Part shown: in pieces, positions 33,323-43,967 of the stretch
Layout of the letters: every line of letters begins with the position of its first letter
Numbering within the stretch: the stretch's first letter is position 1
Source: Malacoraja senta
Lineage: Eukaryota
Length of the DNA: 64,000 bases
Reading direction: 5' to 3'
NCBI GenBank assembly: GCA_038087875.1
Contig: CM075986.1
Coordinates: 2,542,001 to 2,606,000, forward strand
The notes under the pieces: model-generated
What the model saw: the letters and a program-made list of their open reading frames with translations, nothing else
What the model was told of the DNA's origin: nothing
Database searches by the model: none
Translations under genes and position numbers: made by a program

Positions 33323-35376
33323 GGTTGACGGTGGATATGCAATGGAAGGCATTTAAAGACTGCATCGATGAACTACAAAAATTGTTCATCCCAGTTTGGC
33401 AAAAGAATAAATCAGGGAAGGTAGTGCATCCGTGGATAACAAGGGAAATCAGGGATAGTATCAAAGCAAAAGATGATGCGTACAAATTAGCCAGAAAAAG
33501 CAGCATACCAGAGGACTGGGAGAAATTCAGAGACCAGCAGAGGAGGACAAAGGGCTTAATTAGGAAAGGGAAAATAGATTATGAAAGGAAACTGGCAGGG
33601 AACATAAAAACTGACTGCAAAAGTTGTTATAGATATATAAAGAGAAAGAGATTAGTTAAAACAAATGTGGGTCCCTTGCAGTCAGAAACAGGTGAATTGA
33701 TCATGGGGAACAAGGATATGGCGGACCAATTGAATAACTACTTTGGTTCCGTCTTCACTAAGGAAGACATAAATAATCTGCCGGAAATAGCAGGGGGCCG
33801 CGGGTCAAAGGAGATGGAGGAACTGAGTGAAATCCAGGTTAGTCGGGAAGTGGTGTTGGGTAAATCAAATGGATTAAAGGCCGATAAATCACCAGGGCCA
33901 GATAGGATGCATCCCAGAGTACTTAAGGAAGTAGCTCCAGAAATAGTGGATGCATTAGTGATAATTTTTCAAAACTCTTTAGATACTGGATTAGTTCCTG
34001 AGGATTGGAGGGTAGCAAATGTAACCCCACTTTTTAAGAAGGGAGGGAGAGAGAAAACGGGTAATTACAGACCAGTTAGTCTAACATCGGTAGTGGGGAA
34101 ACTGCTAGAGTCAGTTATTAAAGATGGGATAGCAGCACATTTGGAAAGTGGTGAAATCATTGGACAAAGTCAGCATGGATTTACGAAAGGTAAATCGTGT
34201 CTGACGAATCTTATAGAATTTTTCGAGGATGTAACGAGTAGAGTGGATAGGGGAGAACCAGTGGATGTGTTGTATCTGGACTTTCAGAAGGCTTTCGACA
34301 AGGTACCACATAAGAGATTAGGATACAAACTTAAATCACACGGTATTGGGGGTTCAGTATTGATGTGCATAGAGAACTGGCTGGCAAACAGGAAGCAAAG
34401 AGTAGGAGTAAACGGGTCCTTTTCACAATGGCAGGCAGTGACTAGTGGGGTACCGCAAGGCTCAGTGCTGGGACCCCAGCTATTTACAATTTATATTAAT
34501 GAACTGGATGAGGGAATTGAAAGCAACATCTCCAAGTTTGCGGATGACACTAAGCTGGGGGGCAGTGTTAGCTGTGAGGAGGATGCTAGGAGACTGCAAG
34601 GTGACTTGGATAGGCTGGGTGAGTGGGCAAATGTTTGGCAGATGCAGTATGATGTGGATAAATGTGAGGTTATCCACTTTGGTGGCAAAAAAGGGAAGGC
34701 AGACTATTATCTAAATGGTGGCCGATTAGGAAATGGGGAGATGCAGCGAGACCTGGGTGTCATGGTACACCAGTCATTGAAAGTAGGCATGCAGGTGCAG
34801 CAGGCAGTGAAGAAAGCGAATGGTATGTTGGCTTTCATACCAAGAGGATTTGAGTATAGGAGCATGGAGGTTCTACTGCAGTTGTACAGGGTCTTGGTGA
34901 GACCACACCTGGAGTATTGCGTACAGTTTTGGTCTCCCAATCTGAGAAAGGACATTATAGCCATAGAGGGAGTGCAGAGAAGGTTCACCAGACTGATTCC
35001 TGGGATGTCAGGACTTTCATATGAAGAAAGACTGGATAGACTTGGCTTATACTCGCTAGAATTTAGGAGATTGAGAGGGGATCTTATAGAAACGTACAAA
35101 ATTCTTATGGGGTTGGACAGGTTAGATGCAGGAAGATTGTTCCCGATGTTGGGGAAGTCCAGGACAAGGGGTCACAGCTTAAGGATAAGGGCGAAATCCT
35201 TTAAGACCGAGATGAGGAAAAACTTTTTCACACAGAGAGTGGTGAATCTCTGGAACTCTCTGCCACAGAGGGTAGTTGAGGCCAGTTCATTGGCTATATT
35301 TAAGAGGGAGTTAGATGTGGCCCTTGTGGCTAAGGGGATCAGGGGGCATGGAGAGAAGGCAGGTACGGGATACTGA
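33323..35376 (+). CDS. CR1 ORF2 fragment: complete RT domain, no endonuclease, open frame
   Basis: [64 protein letters not shown]. The annotated GTG start at 33277 lies in flanking DNA. Confidence 0.9.
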
Positions 35377-35475
35377 GTTGGATGATCAGCCATGATCATA
35401 TTGAATGGCGGTGCAGGCTCAAAGGGCCGAATGGCCTACTCCTGCACCTATTTTCTATGTATCTATGTATCTATG
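33323..35475 (+). mobile_element. CR1 LINE, 5'-truncated, young
   Basis: Open RT frame, 3' stem-loop GGCCGAATGGCC and (TCTATGTA)n tail. CTATG occurs at both junctions. Confidence 0.95.
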
Positions 35476-35884
35476 CTAGCGCCACTGACATTTGACATGT
35501 GGAGCTCATGCATTAGGCATTTAAAACAAAAATAAAACTGCCAGATTTACTGCAGCCGATGGCTGGGCAGAGCCAACAGGTGTTTGTTTGTATGTTGTTC
35601 AACCAGCTGTGCGAATCTTAGATTAGCACGTTGGTATACCAGGTGACAGCAGAACTTGCAAAGCTCATGCACAGTTCAAAAGCAACTACATATAAATCCT
35701 TGTGTAGGCAGCCCAGAGCAAAGTAGCAGCATAGCAGCAACAGTCATGGGAAAGCCTAAAGATAACAATCATTGAATTGGAGATGCTTTAGCCAGTGGCA
35801 GCAGAGCTGGAAGGGAGAGAAAATTAGGCAGCAAACCTGTATTGTTCGAAATACGAAATAAACGTGGAGAACAGTTTGTGATGT

Positions 35885-36060
35885 TATAAGGTCATAAGGA
35901 ATAGGAGTAGAATTAGGCCATTCAGCCCATCAAGTCTACTCCACCATTCAATCATGGCTGATCTATCTCTCCCTCCTAACCCCATTCTCCTGCCTTCCCC
36001 CAATAACCTCTGACACCCATTCTAATCAAAAATCTATATCTCTGTCTTAAAAATATCCAC
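35885..36060 (-). mobile_element. CR1 3' fragment
   Basis: AATTAGGCCATTCAGCCC...CATGGCTGATC. Same subfamily as 12692-12795 and 47475-47925. Confidence 0.85.
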
Positions 36061-37177
36061 TTTAATTACTATAATATAATTACTATAATGTAATTATAGT
36101 AATCCTCACCCGCACCAGCCTGGTATTGAGGCAAATGTTCATGTTTTTTTATAATTCTTGAACTAAAAGCTGAATAAATATTTAACACACAATGAAACAG
36201 TTACCAATTGCATGAAGACAATGACTGATTAACCCTCACACCCACCCTTGCCTCGCATCCATCCTGTTCTGCTGCCAATTGAGAAGGAGATTAGGCATTA
36301 ATTAACATTTTGGACACAGGTGGGTTTATCCATAATTAATTTTGGAATAAATTAAAGTTCAATGTAATATTAGTCACATAGCAACAGATTTAGAAAATGC
36401 ATAATGCAGAATAATCAAAGCTATTTCTGTCATTAAGTAAGCCCGTCATTGTAGTATAAGACACTTTACTGTTGCAACATATTGCAGCTGGAAAGGCACA
36501 TCAAAACAAAATCAAGGAAAATTAATCAGTCACAAAGCATATTTTCATTGTAAATATTACATCCTTGAACTGATGTGAGCATAAACTGTCATAATTAATG
36601 ATTGCTCACTAACTTCATAGCTTGCAGCAGAATTTGTTTACTCCTCAATTGTTTAGTAGGTACAGGATTATATACTCAGTGCTGAAACCACGGCAGAATT
36701 AATGAGTCTTTTTGAAGCCGTGTCAGATTGGTACATTGCAGGAAATATCTCAAGATGTTGACAGAGTTATTAATCAAGTAACATAGATGCACACCTACGG
36801 GTGTTAGGGGAGGAAAATAGGTGGGTTTAGAAGCATGCCTTCAAGCGGTTGAAAATACAGCGCTGAAGGGTTTTGCAGTTGAAGGCTTGATCACTATTGA
36901 TGGGGCAAGGAAAACCCAAAGGTGAGCAAGAGGCTAGACGAAGCAGTACAGGGATTTCAGAGGGTTTTGAGGCATGAGGAGGATACAGACATTTAGAGTG
37001 GAGAAGGGTAGAGTGAGCAATGCCACGGGATGACTTAAAAACAAGTTGAAGAATTTAAAATATGATGCGCTGCTCATGTCTTTGTTATTTCACACCCTGG
37101 AGCCAATGTAACCCAGTGAGCATGGGATTGGTGTGCACATGAGTATTTATAATTATAGGCCAATCAGAAAAAAATGA

Positions 37178-37345
37178 TGGTACTGTCACGTTCGAGAGAA
37201 CTGCTACCTCACAGCTCCAGCCACCAGTTTTATTCCTGACTTTTAGTGCTGTCTGTGTGGAGTTTGCACATTCTCCCTCTGACCACGAGGATTTCCTCCA
37301 GATGCTCTGGTTTCCCCCTACATCCTAAGGGTGTGCAAGTTAATT
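37178..37345 (+). mobile_element. V-SINE 5' part, interrupted by a Penelope fragment (resumes near 37795)
   Basis: GCTGTCTGTGTGGAGTTTGCACATTCTCCC V core. Confidence 0.7.
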
Positions 37346-37361
37346 AATTTTAATCTCCACC

Positions 37362-37775
37362 ATTGCCACACACAAAATGGAGGAACAGCGCCTCATATTT
37401 TGCTTGGGTGGCTTACAATCCAGTGGTATGAACATTAAATTCTTTAATTTTTGGTAACATACTTACATTCCTCTCCCCCCTTCCACTATTAAATGTTGGT
37501 TAGTCAGTTCCACAGTTTGTACTGATGTAAACCTCTTGGGATCACACCATTCCTAGCTAACAGTCGACCTACCTGAACCACCCTGCCTGATATCATCTGT
37601 TACCGGCCCTGATTTGTCCTGCTCATTTCTTGCTTCCACTTCCTCCCCCCTACAATCAGTCTGAAGAAAGGTCCCGACCCGAAACGTCACCGATCCATTT
37701 TCTCCACAGATGCTGCCTGACCTGCTGAGTTACTCCAGCATTTTGTGTCTTTCTTTGGTATAAACCAGCATCTCC
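37362..37775 (+). mobile_element. Penelope-like element 3' fragment: end of GIY-YIG ORF, UTR, pLTR with tail
   Basis: ATHKMEEQRLIFCLGGLQSSGMNIKFFNFW-stop at 37365-37457, followed by the hammerhead unit. Confidence 0.85.
37655..37694 (+). ncRNA. Minimal type I hammerhead ribozyme motif (best-preserved copy)
   Basis: ATCAGT-CTGAAGA-A-AGGT(CCCG)ACCC-GAAAC-GTC-ACCGAT. It has the core CUGANGA and GAAA, cleavage triplet GUC (37686-37688), stem I ATCAGT/ACCGAT (5 of 6 pairs) and palindromic ACGT in place of stem III. The base pair of stem II is an A-C mismatch in this copy. Confidence 0.75.
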
Positions 37776-38284
37776 AATTAATTTTATATTACCATAAAAT
37801 TCCTCCAGTGTATAATAAATTGTAGGAAGTGGGGGGAATTGATGGGAATGTGTGGAGAATAAAATGCGATTAATGCAGCATTTGAAGCTAACATTGATCC
37901 AAACCAAGGAGGATTGGAGCTAACATTCATCCAGACAAAAGGAAGTTGGAACTTGCATTCATTCCGACCAAAGATTGGAGCTAACATCCATCCAGTCCAA
38001 CAATCTAGAAATGCTGTAAATGTCAACCGAGTCAAACATTGCTGAATCATTTTCATGTGGGAATGCAATAACCCAAAAAGCTTAGTTGTATTTATAGACA
38101 TCTTATAACTTTGCAAAATGCTCTGAAGCTATCTCAAGAGTGTTTACAAACAAAGCTTGACACTAAGCCACATGGAGAAGTGAGTGCAGGTGACATTTTG
38201 GTACAAAGAGGTAGTTTGTAAGGAGTGTGTGAAATAAAGCTGCTCAGCGAGCTTTTGATTCTTTTGACACATATGCACTCAATG

Positions 38285-38445
38285 GGAATTTAACTGACCT
38301 ACATGCCTTGGGATGTGGGTGGAAACCACAGCATCTGGTGGAAACCCACATTGTTATGGGCAGAACATGCAAACTCCACACAGGGAATGCCATTGTCAGG
38401 ATTGTAACCAAGTCCTTGAAGCTATGAAGCTGCTGCACCACCAAG
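38285..38445 (-). mobile_element. V-SINE, decayed
   Basis: GGGATGTGGGTGGAAACC...GAACATGCAAACTCCACAC. Confidence 0.7.
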
Positions 38446-38525
38446 ATACCTAGAAAAAGTAAAGACAAGGATATTTTTAGCGGAGATGAGTTGAAATAGG
38501 GGTAGAGTTGAATTCTGTACTCGAG

Positions 38526-41392
38526 CTTCTAAACTCCAGTGAATACAAGCCCAGTCTTTTCAATCTTTCCTCATATGACAGTCCCGCCATCCCAGGGATC
38601 AATCTCGTGAACCTACGCTGCACTGCCTCAATGACAAGGATGTCTTTCCTCAAATTAGGAGACCAAAACTGTGCACAGTACTCCAGATGTGGTCTTATCG
38701 GAGCCCTATACAACTGCAGAAGAACCTCTTTACTCCTATACTGAAATCCTCTTGTTATGAAGCCCAACATTCCATTAGCTTTCTTCACTGCCTGCTGTAC
38801 CTGCACGCCAACCTTCAGTGACAGTACACCGGTACAAGGACACCCAGGTCTCGCTGTACCTCCCCCTTACCTAACCTAACCCCATTGAGATAATAATCTG
38901 CTCCCTTGTTTTTGCCGCCAAAGTGGATAACCTCACATTTATCTATATTATACTGTATCTGCTACGCATCTGCCCACTCACTCAACCTGTCCAGGTCACC
39001 CTGCAACCTCCTAACATCCTCTTCACAGTTCACACTGCCACCCAGCTTTGTGTCATCCGCAAACTTGCTAGTGTTATATAATAATAATAATAATCATTTT
39101 ATTTACTGGCGCCTTTCTAAAACCCAAGGACACCTTATAATGCATAGAATCACAAAAAAACACAAAACATAATCGGAATAAATTAAATATAAAAACACCA
39201 CAGTACACAAATCAAGGACAGAATTCAATTTCAAGAGCACCAAAAGAAAATAAGAAACACAATTTTTGCTCCTAATTCCCTCATCCAAATCATTAATATA
39301 TATGGTAAACAGTTGCGGCCCCAACACCGAGCCTTGCGGCACTCCACTCGCCACTGCCTGCCATTTTGAAAAGGACCCATTCACTCCTACACTTTGCTTC
39401 CGGTCTGCCAACCAATTTTCTATCCATGTCAACACCCTACCCCCAATACCATGTGCTCTAATTTTAGTCACCAGTCTCCCGTGCAGGACCTGATCAAAGG
39501 CTTTCTGAAAGTCTAGATACACTACATCCACTGACACCCCTTCATCCATTTTACTTGTCACATCCTCAAAAAATTCCAGAAGATTAGTCAAGCATGATTT
39601 CCCTTTCATAAATCCATGTTGACTTGGACTAATCCTTTTACCGCTATCCAAATGACCCATTATTACCTCTTTAATAATTGACTCCAGCATCTTTCCCACC
39701 ACCGAAGTCAGGCTAACTGGTCTGTAATTCCTCGTTTTCTCTCTCGCTCCTTTCTTGAAAAGTGGGATAACATTAGCTATCCTCCAATCCACAGGAACTG
39801 ATCCTGAATCTATTGAACTTTGGAAAATGATCACCAATGCGTCCACTATTTCTAGAGCCACCTCCCTGAGGACCCTGGGATGCACACCATCAGGCCCCGG
39901 GGATTTATCATCCTTCAGTCCCATTAGCCTACCCAATACTATTTCTCGCCTAATGAAAATTTCTTTCAGTTCCTCTACCCCCTTAGATCCTCTGTCCTCC
40001 AGTACATCTGGGAGATTGTTTGTGTCTTCCTTAGTGAAGATAGATCCGAAGTACCTATTCAACTCTTCTACCATTTCCTTGTTGCCCATAATAATTTCAC
40101 CCCTGTCTCCCTTAAAGGGACCCACATTTGACTTTGCTACTCTTTTTCCCTTAACATATCTAAAGAAGCTTTTACTGTCCTTCTTTATATTCCAGGCCAG
40201 CTTCCCCTCCTACTTCATCTTTTCAGCCCGTATTGCCCATTTTGTTTCTTCCTGTTGTCCTATGAAAGTTTCCCAATCCTCTGTCTTCCGGATACTCTTT
40301 GCTGTGTTATACATCTTTTCTTTTAGTTTTATTCTATCCATAACTTCTCTTGTCAGCCACGGTTGCCTCCTACTCCCCTTAGAATCTTTCTTCCTTTTTG
40401 GAATGAAATGATCCTGCGTCTCCCAGATTATGCCCAGAAATTCCTGCCATTGCTGTTCCACTGTCATTCCTGCTAGGATTCCTTTCCAGTCTACTTTGGC
40501 CAGCTCCCCTCTCATGCCTTCATAGTCCCCTTTGTTCAACTGCATCACTGACACTTCCGATTTAACGTTCTCCTTCTCAAATTGCATGTTAAAACTAATC
40601 ATATTATGATCACTACCTCCAAGCGGTTCCTTTACCTCGAGTTCTCTTATCATATCTGGTTCATTGGACAACACTAAATCCAGAATTGCCTTTGCTCTGG
40701 TCGGCTCCATTACAAGCAGCTCTAAGAATCCATCTCGGAGGAATTCTACAAACTCTGTTTCTTGGGGTCCTGAACCAACCTGATTTTCCCAGACTACCTG
40801 CATATTGAAATCCCCCATCACCACAGTGGCATTACCTTTGTTACATGCCAGTTTTAACTCCTGCTGCAGCTTACACCTTACATCCGGGCTACTATTTGGG
40901 GGTCTGTAAATAACACCAATTAGTGTCTTCTTGCCTTTACAATTCCTCAACTCAATCCGCAGTGACTCTACCTCGTCAGTCCCTATGTCTTCCCTCGCAA
41001 GGGACTGAATTCCATCCCTCACCAGCAGAGCTACCCCCCTCTGCCCACCTGCCTGTCCTTTCTATAGGATGTATAACCCTGAATATTAAGTTCCCAGGCC
41101 CGATCCTCCTGCAGCCATGTCTCAGTAATCCCCACAATGTCATATCTACCAACTTGTAACTGAGCCTCAAGCTCATCTACTTTATTTCTTATACTTCGCG
41201 CATTCATATACAATACTTTTAATTCCTTACGCATCTCCCTTTCACATTGATCCCTATTACACTTGGCCATACTCTCCTATCCCTTTGTGAGCTTCCTTTC
41301 CCGTTAATTCTGGGGTCATTAACTATCCCTTTACTGTCTTTCCATTTAACTCCATCCTCGACTATCCCATTTGACACCCCACCCCCCTTATT
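38526..41392 (-). mobile_element. CR1 LINE ORF2 (APE endonuclease + RT), frameshifted, 3' end deleted
   Basis: YMNARSIRNK, GITETWL, IYRPP, MGDFN, LGGSDHN in ORFs 41031-41270 and 40210-41022. RT motifs are in 39103-40125 and 38477-38806. Similarity stops abruptly at YSLEFR. Confidence 0.95.
39076..39267 (-). mobile_element. L2-type 3' fragment inserted in the CR1 RT
   Basis: Absent from the sister copy (CTAGTGTT|GCTCCTAATT near 44810). The minus strand ends GTGTCCTTGGGTTTTAGAAAGGCGCCAGTAAATAAAATG(ATT)n, an L2-clade tail. Confidence 0.75.
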
Positions 41393-43047
41393 TGGTACCA
41401 AACATGGTACCAAACTTGGAAATACTCTAATTAAGTTTTAGAAGAAGTGGTGAAGGAAGGGAGAGCAAGGAACAATATTTAAAGATAGTAACAAAAATAA
41501 AAATGAGATTGAAACTCCAGAAAGCTTCAATATTATTCTCTACGGTGTGAAATAAAATGATTCAATCCTATTTCCAAAAGTAAAATTCAGAATACTTCTG
41601 TTTCCCATCTGCATTCGGCTACCTATTTATAAAGACATGACAGCTGCTGGTGTCACATCAATTGTCATGAATTTGCAACATGTTTGGTTCTGTTGTAACA
41701 CTAATTAACACTTAACAAACATAAAAGTACATGATTTATTTTTGTACCTATCAACATGATGCTGACTTGGTGTTAGTTGAAAGATCCTACAGTTTGTTGT
41801 GCCAGTCCTTACAACAAAATGTTTTGCATTTGTGTAAAGTGTTGCATAGGTCACTTGAGTTAATTTATCTTTGCATTACCATATTGTGAGTCAGCGCGAC
41901 CATATAACGTACTATTGAAAAGAGCAGTGATCCTGATAATCGAGTTAATAATGACCAAGCCTACATTCTCTCATCGTTTTTGGACAATTCATTATTTTTT
42001 CGCATACTCTGGCATTCTGAATGAATAATCTATTTGTCAACTTATCTGACTAACATGGATCAATATTGTGCATCTATTCAATTAATGGATTGTGTTGAAA
42101 AACACCAGAAATCCTGTTATTAACTTTAAAGGAATACCCACTTTGGCCTCCAGTTGCATAGGGCAAATTCCTTTTGCATGCTGAGATTTTATGTGCATTT
42201 ATTTAAATGCATGTATTTAACATTTCTTTAAATGTATTCCATTGAGCTATTTTACCCATGGAATTCAAAATATACACGTTTAACGATTTTTTTTCTTGGG
42301 GTAGATTATTCTTTTGAGTGACTTTGGAGTCAACAGTTCAGAAAAGTGAAGTGGTTTGCTCAAAAACACAATCTTCCAGAAATGGTATTGTTCCCTTTAA
42401 CATACAGTAGTCACCTAACTGGTCACAGGTATGTAAGGTCCTGTGAGAATAGAGGCAATGCTCCTCTCTGCTCCTTTTTTGCAAAGTCCACTCAAAGCCT
42501 GGCACAAATCATTCATGCCCGGGGCAGGTGTGGTGTTTGCTGGAGCTGGTGATTGATTTGTCCTTCACTGTATATATCCTCTTGTGCTCTGGAGAGCCTG
42601 TCAGTGCTTTTATTGTCCAGTTTGATTTGCCATGCAGAAATTACAGTTGTCAATTGGGATGTAGCATTCCCAACAATAATCTTTTTATTCTGTTGATATG
42701 AGAAGAAGAAGGAAAATGAAGAAAAGATAGATTAAAGGCTTTTAGGGAGGTGAACAGAGAATTAGATGTTCCTTTCAAGTAAATTGGATTTGTAAATGAA
42801 AAATCATTATAGACTGCTCAGGACATGAGTAACTCAAGCAAAATATCTTCCTGCTGAAAACCAGGCAGGAGTATCAAAGGAACAGTGAAAACATTCTGGC
42901 CTTTTCTCCCCCAAACGAACAACTTTTTGCCTACAGTCAGAGCCATTGGTGCTTTCAATTTGTTGGAATTACATTTTCTTCAGCTGATACTTGGTGATTT
43001 CAGAAATAGATTTTCAGATGGGACTCTGGAGATTTACTTTACTTCAT

Positions 43048-43284
43048 ACTTTAAACTTTAGAGATACAGCGTGAAAACAGGCCCTCCGGCCCACCAATTC
43101 CGCGCAGACCAGCAATCACCCCGTACATGACCACTATCCTACACACTGGGGACAATTTACAATTTACAGAAGCCAATCTACCTACAAACCTGTAAGTCTT
43201 TGGAGTGTGGAAGGAAAGCGTAGTACCCAAGATAACACATGTTGTCACAGGGATAACGTACAAACTCTGTACAAACAGCACCGG
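43048..43284 (-). mobile_element. V-SINE, 5'-truncated
   Basis: TTTAGAGATACAGCGTG..AACAGGCCC..CTTTGGAGTGTGG. Confidence 0.85.
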
Positions 43285-43754
43285 TAGATCTCGAGGGAGG
43301 GATGTCTGCTGCCCAGAGGTGTACGGATTACATCCTGTGTAGGAACAGATATAGTTAGATAGGATGAAATATCCCAGATAGGATAGTGATGTATTTCAAA
43401 AATCCTCTCTTCAAATTTCTAGCAGTATGCTAATCATTAAACGTTTGTTTTTACTTCTACCTTTAACTGTCATTCAAAATGCCCAGGTTGGCAATATTAG
43501 GAGCAATAATAAAACAGCACAATCCTAAAAAAAACACACAATGTTTTTCAAGGGTGTTAACTTGTTCATCACTCATCTCAATAGGTTGCATTTCCTTATT
43601 TTTGCTGAGAATAAGTTATTTTGTGTTGCTACTTGGTTAATAAATAGAGGCAGGTCTACAAAGAGAACAGTCCATCATTGAAGTCAGTGAACTGAACAGG
43701 TAGCGGCTTGTACAATAATGTATCAAAATCGTGCTATATTTTACACCCGTTTCT

Positions 43755-43954
43755 NNNNNNNNNNNNNNNNNNNNNNNNNNNNNNNNNNNNNNNNNNNNNN
43801 NNNNNNNNNNNNNNNNNNNNNNNNNNNNNNNNNNNNNNNNNNNNNNNNNNNNNNNNNNNNNNNNNNNNNNNNNNNNNNNNNNNNNNNNNNNNNNNNNNNN
43901 NNNNNNNNNNNNNNNNNNNNNNNNNNNNNNNNNNNNNNNNNNNNNNNNNNNNNN
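43755..43954. other. Assembly gap (N run) at the 3' end of a CR1
   Basis: Run of N. Confidence 1.
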
Positions 43955-43967
43955 ATCAATCAATAAA

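Noticed and set aside
33277-35376. 699-aa ORF as a domesticated RT gene
   Set aside because: The start is a GTG in flanking DNA, the endonuclease is missing, the LINE tail is intact and substitutions hit conserved residues. This fits a young truncated insertion.
42408-42428. Possible 21-nt microexon (TTTAACATACAG / TAGTCACCTAACTGGTCACAG / GTATGT)
   Set aside because: Splice-like signals of this quality occur by chance in 64 kb, and there is no recognisable peptide or neighbouring exon. It needs RNA-seq junction reads.
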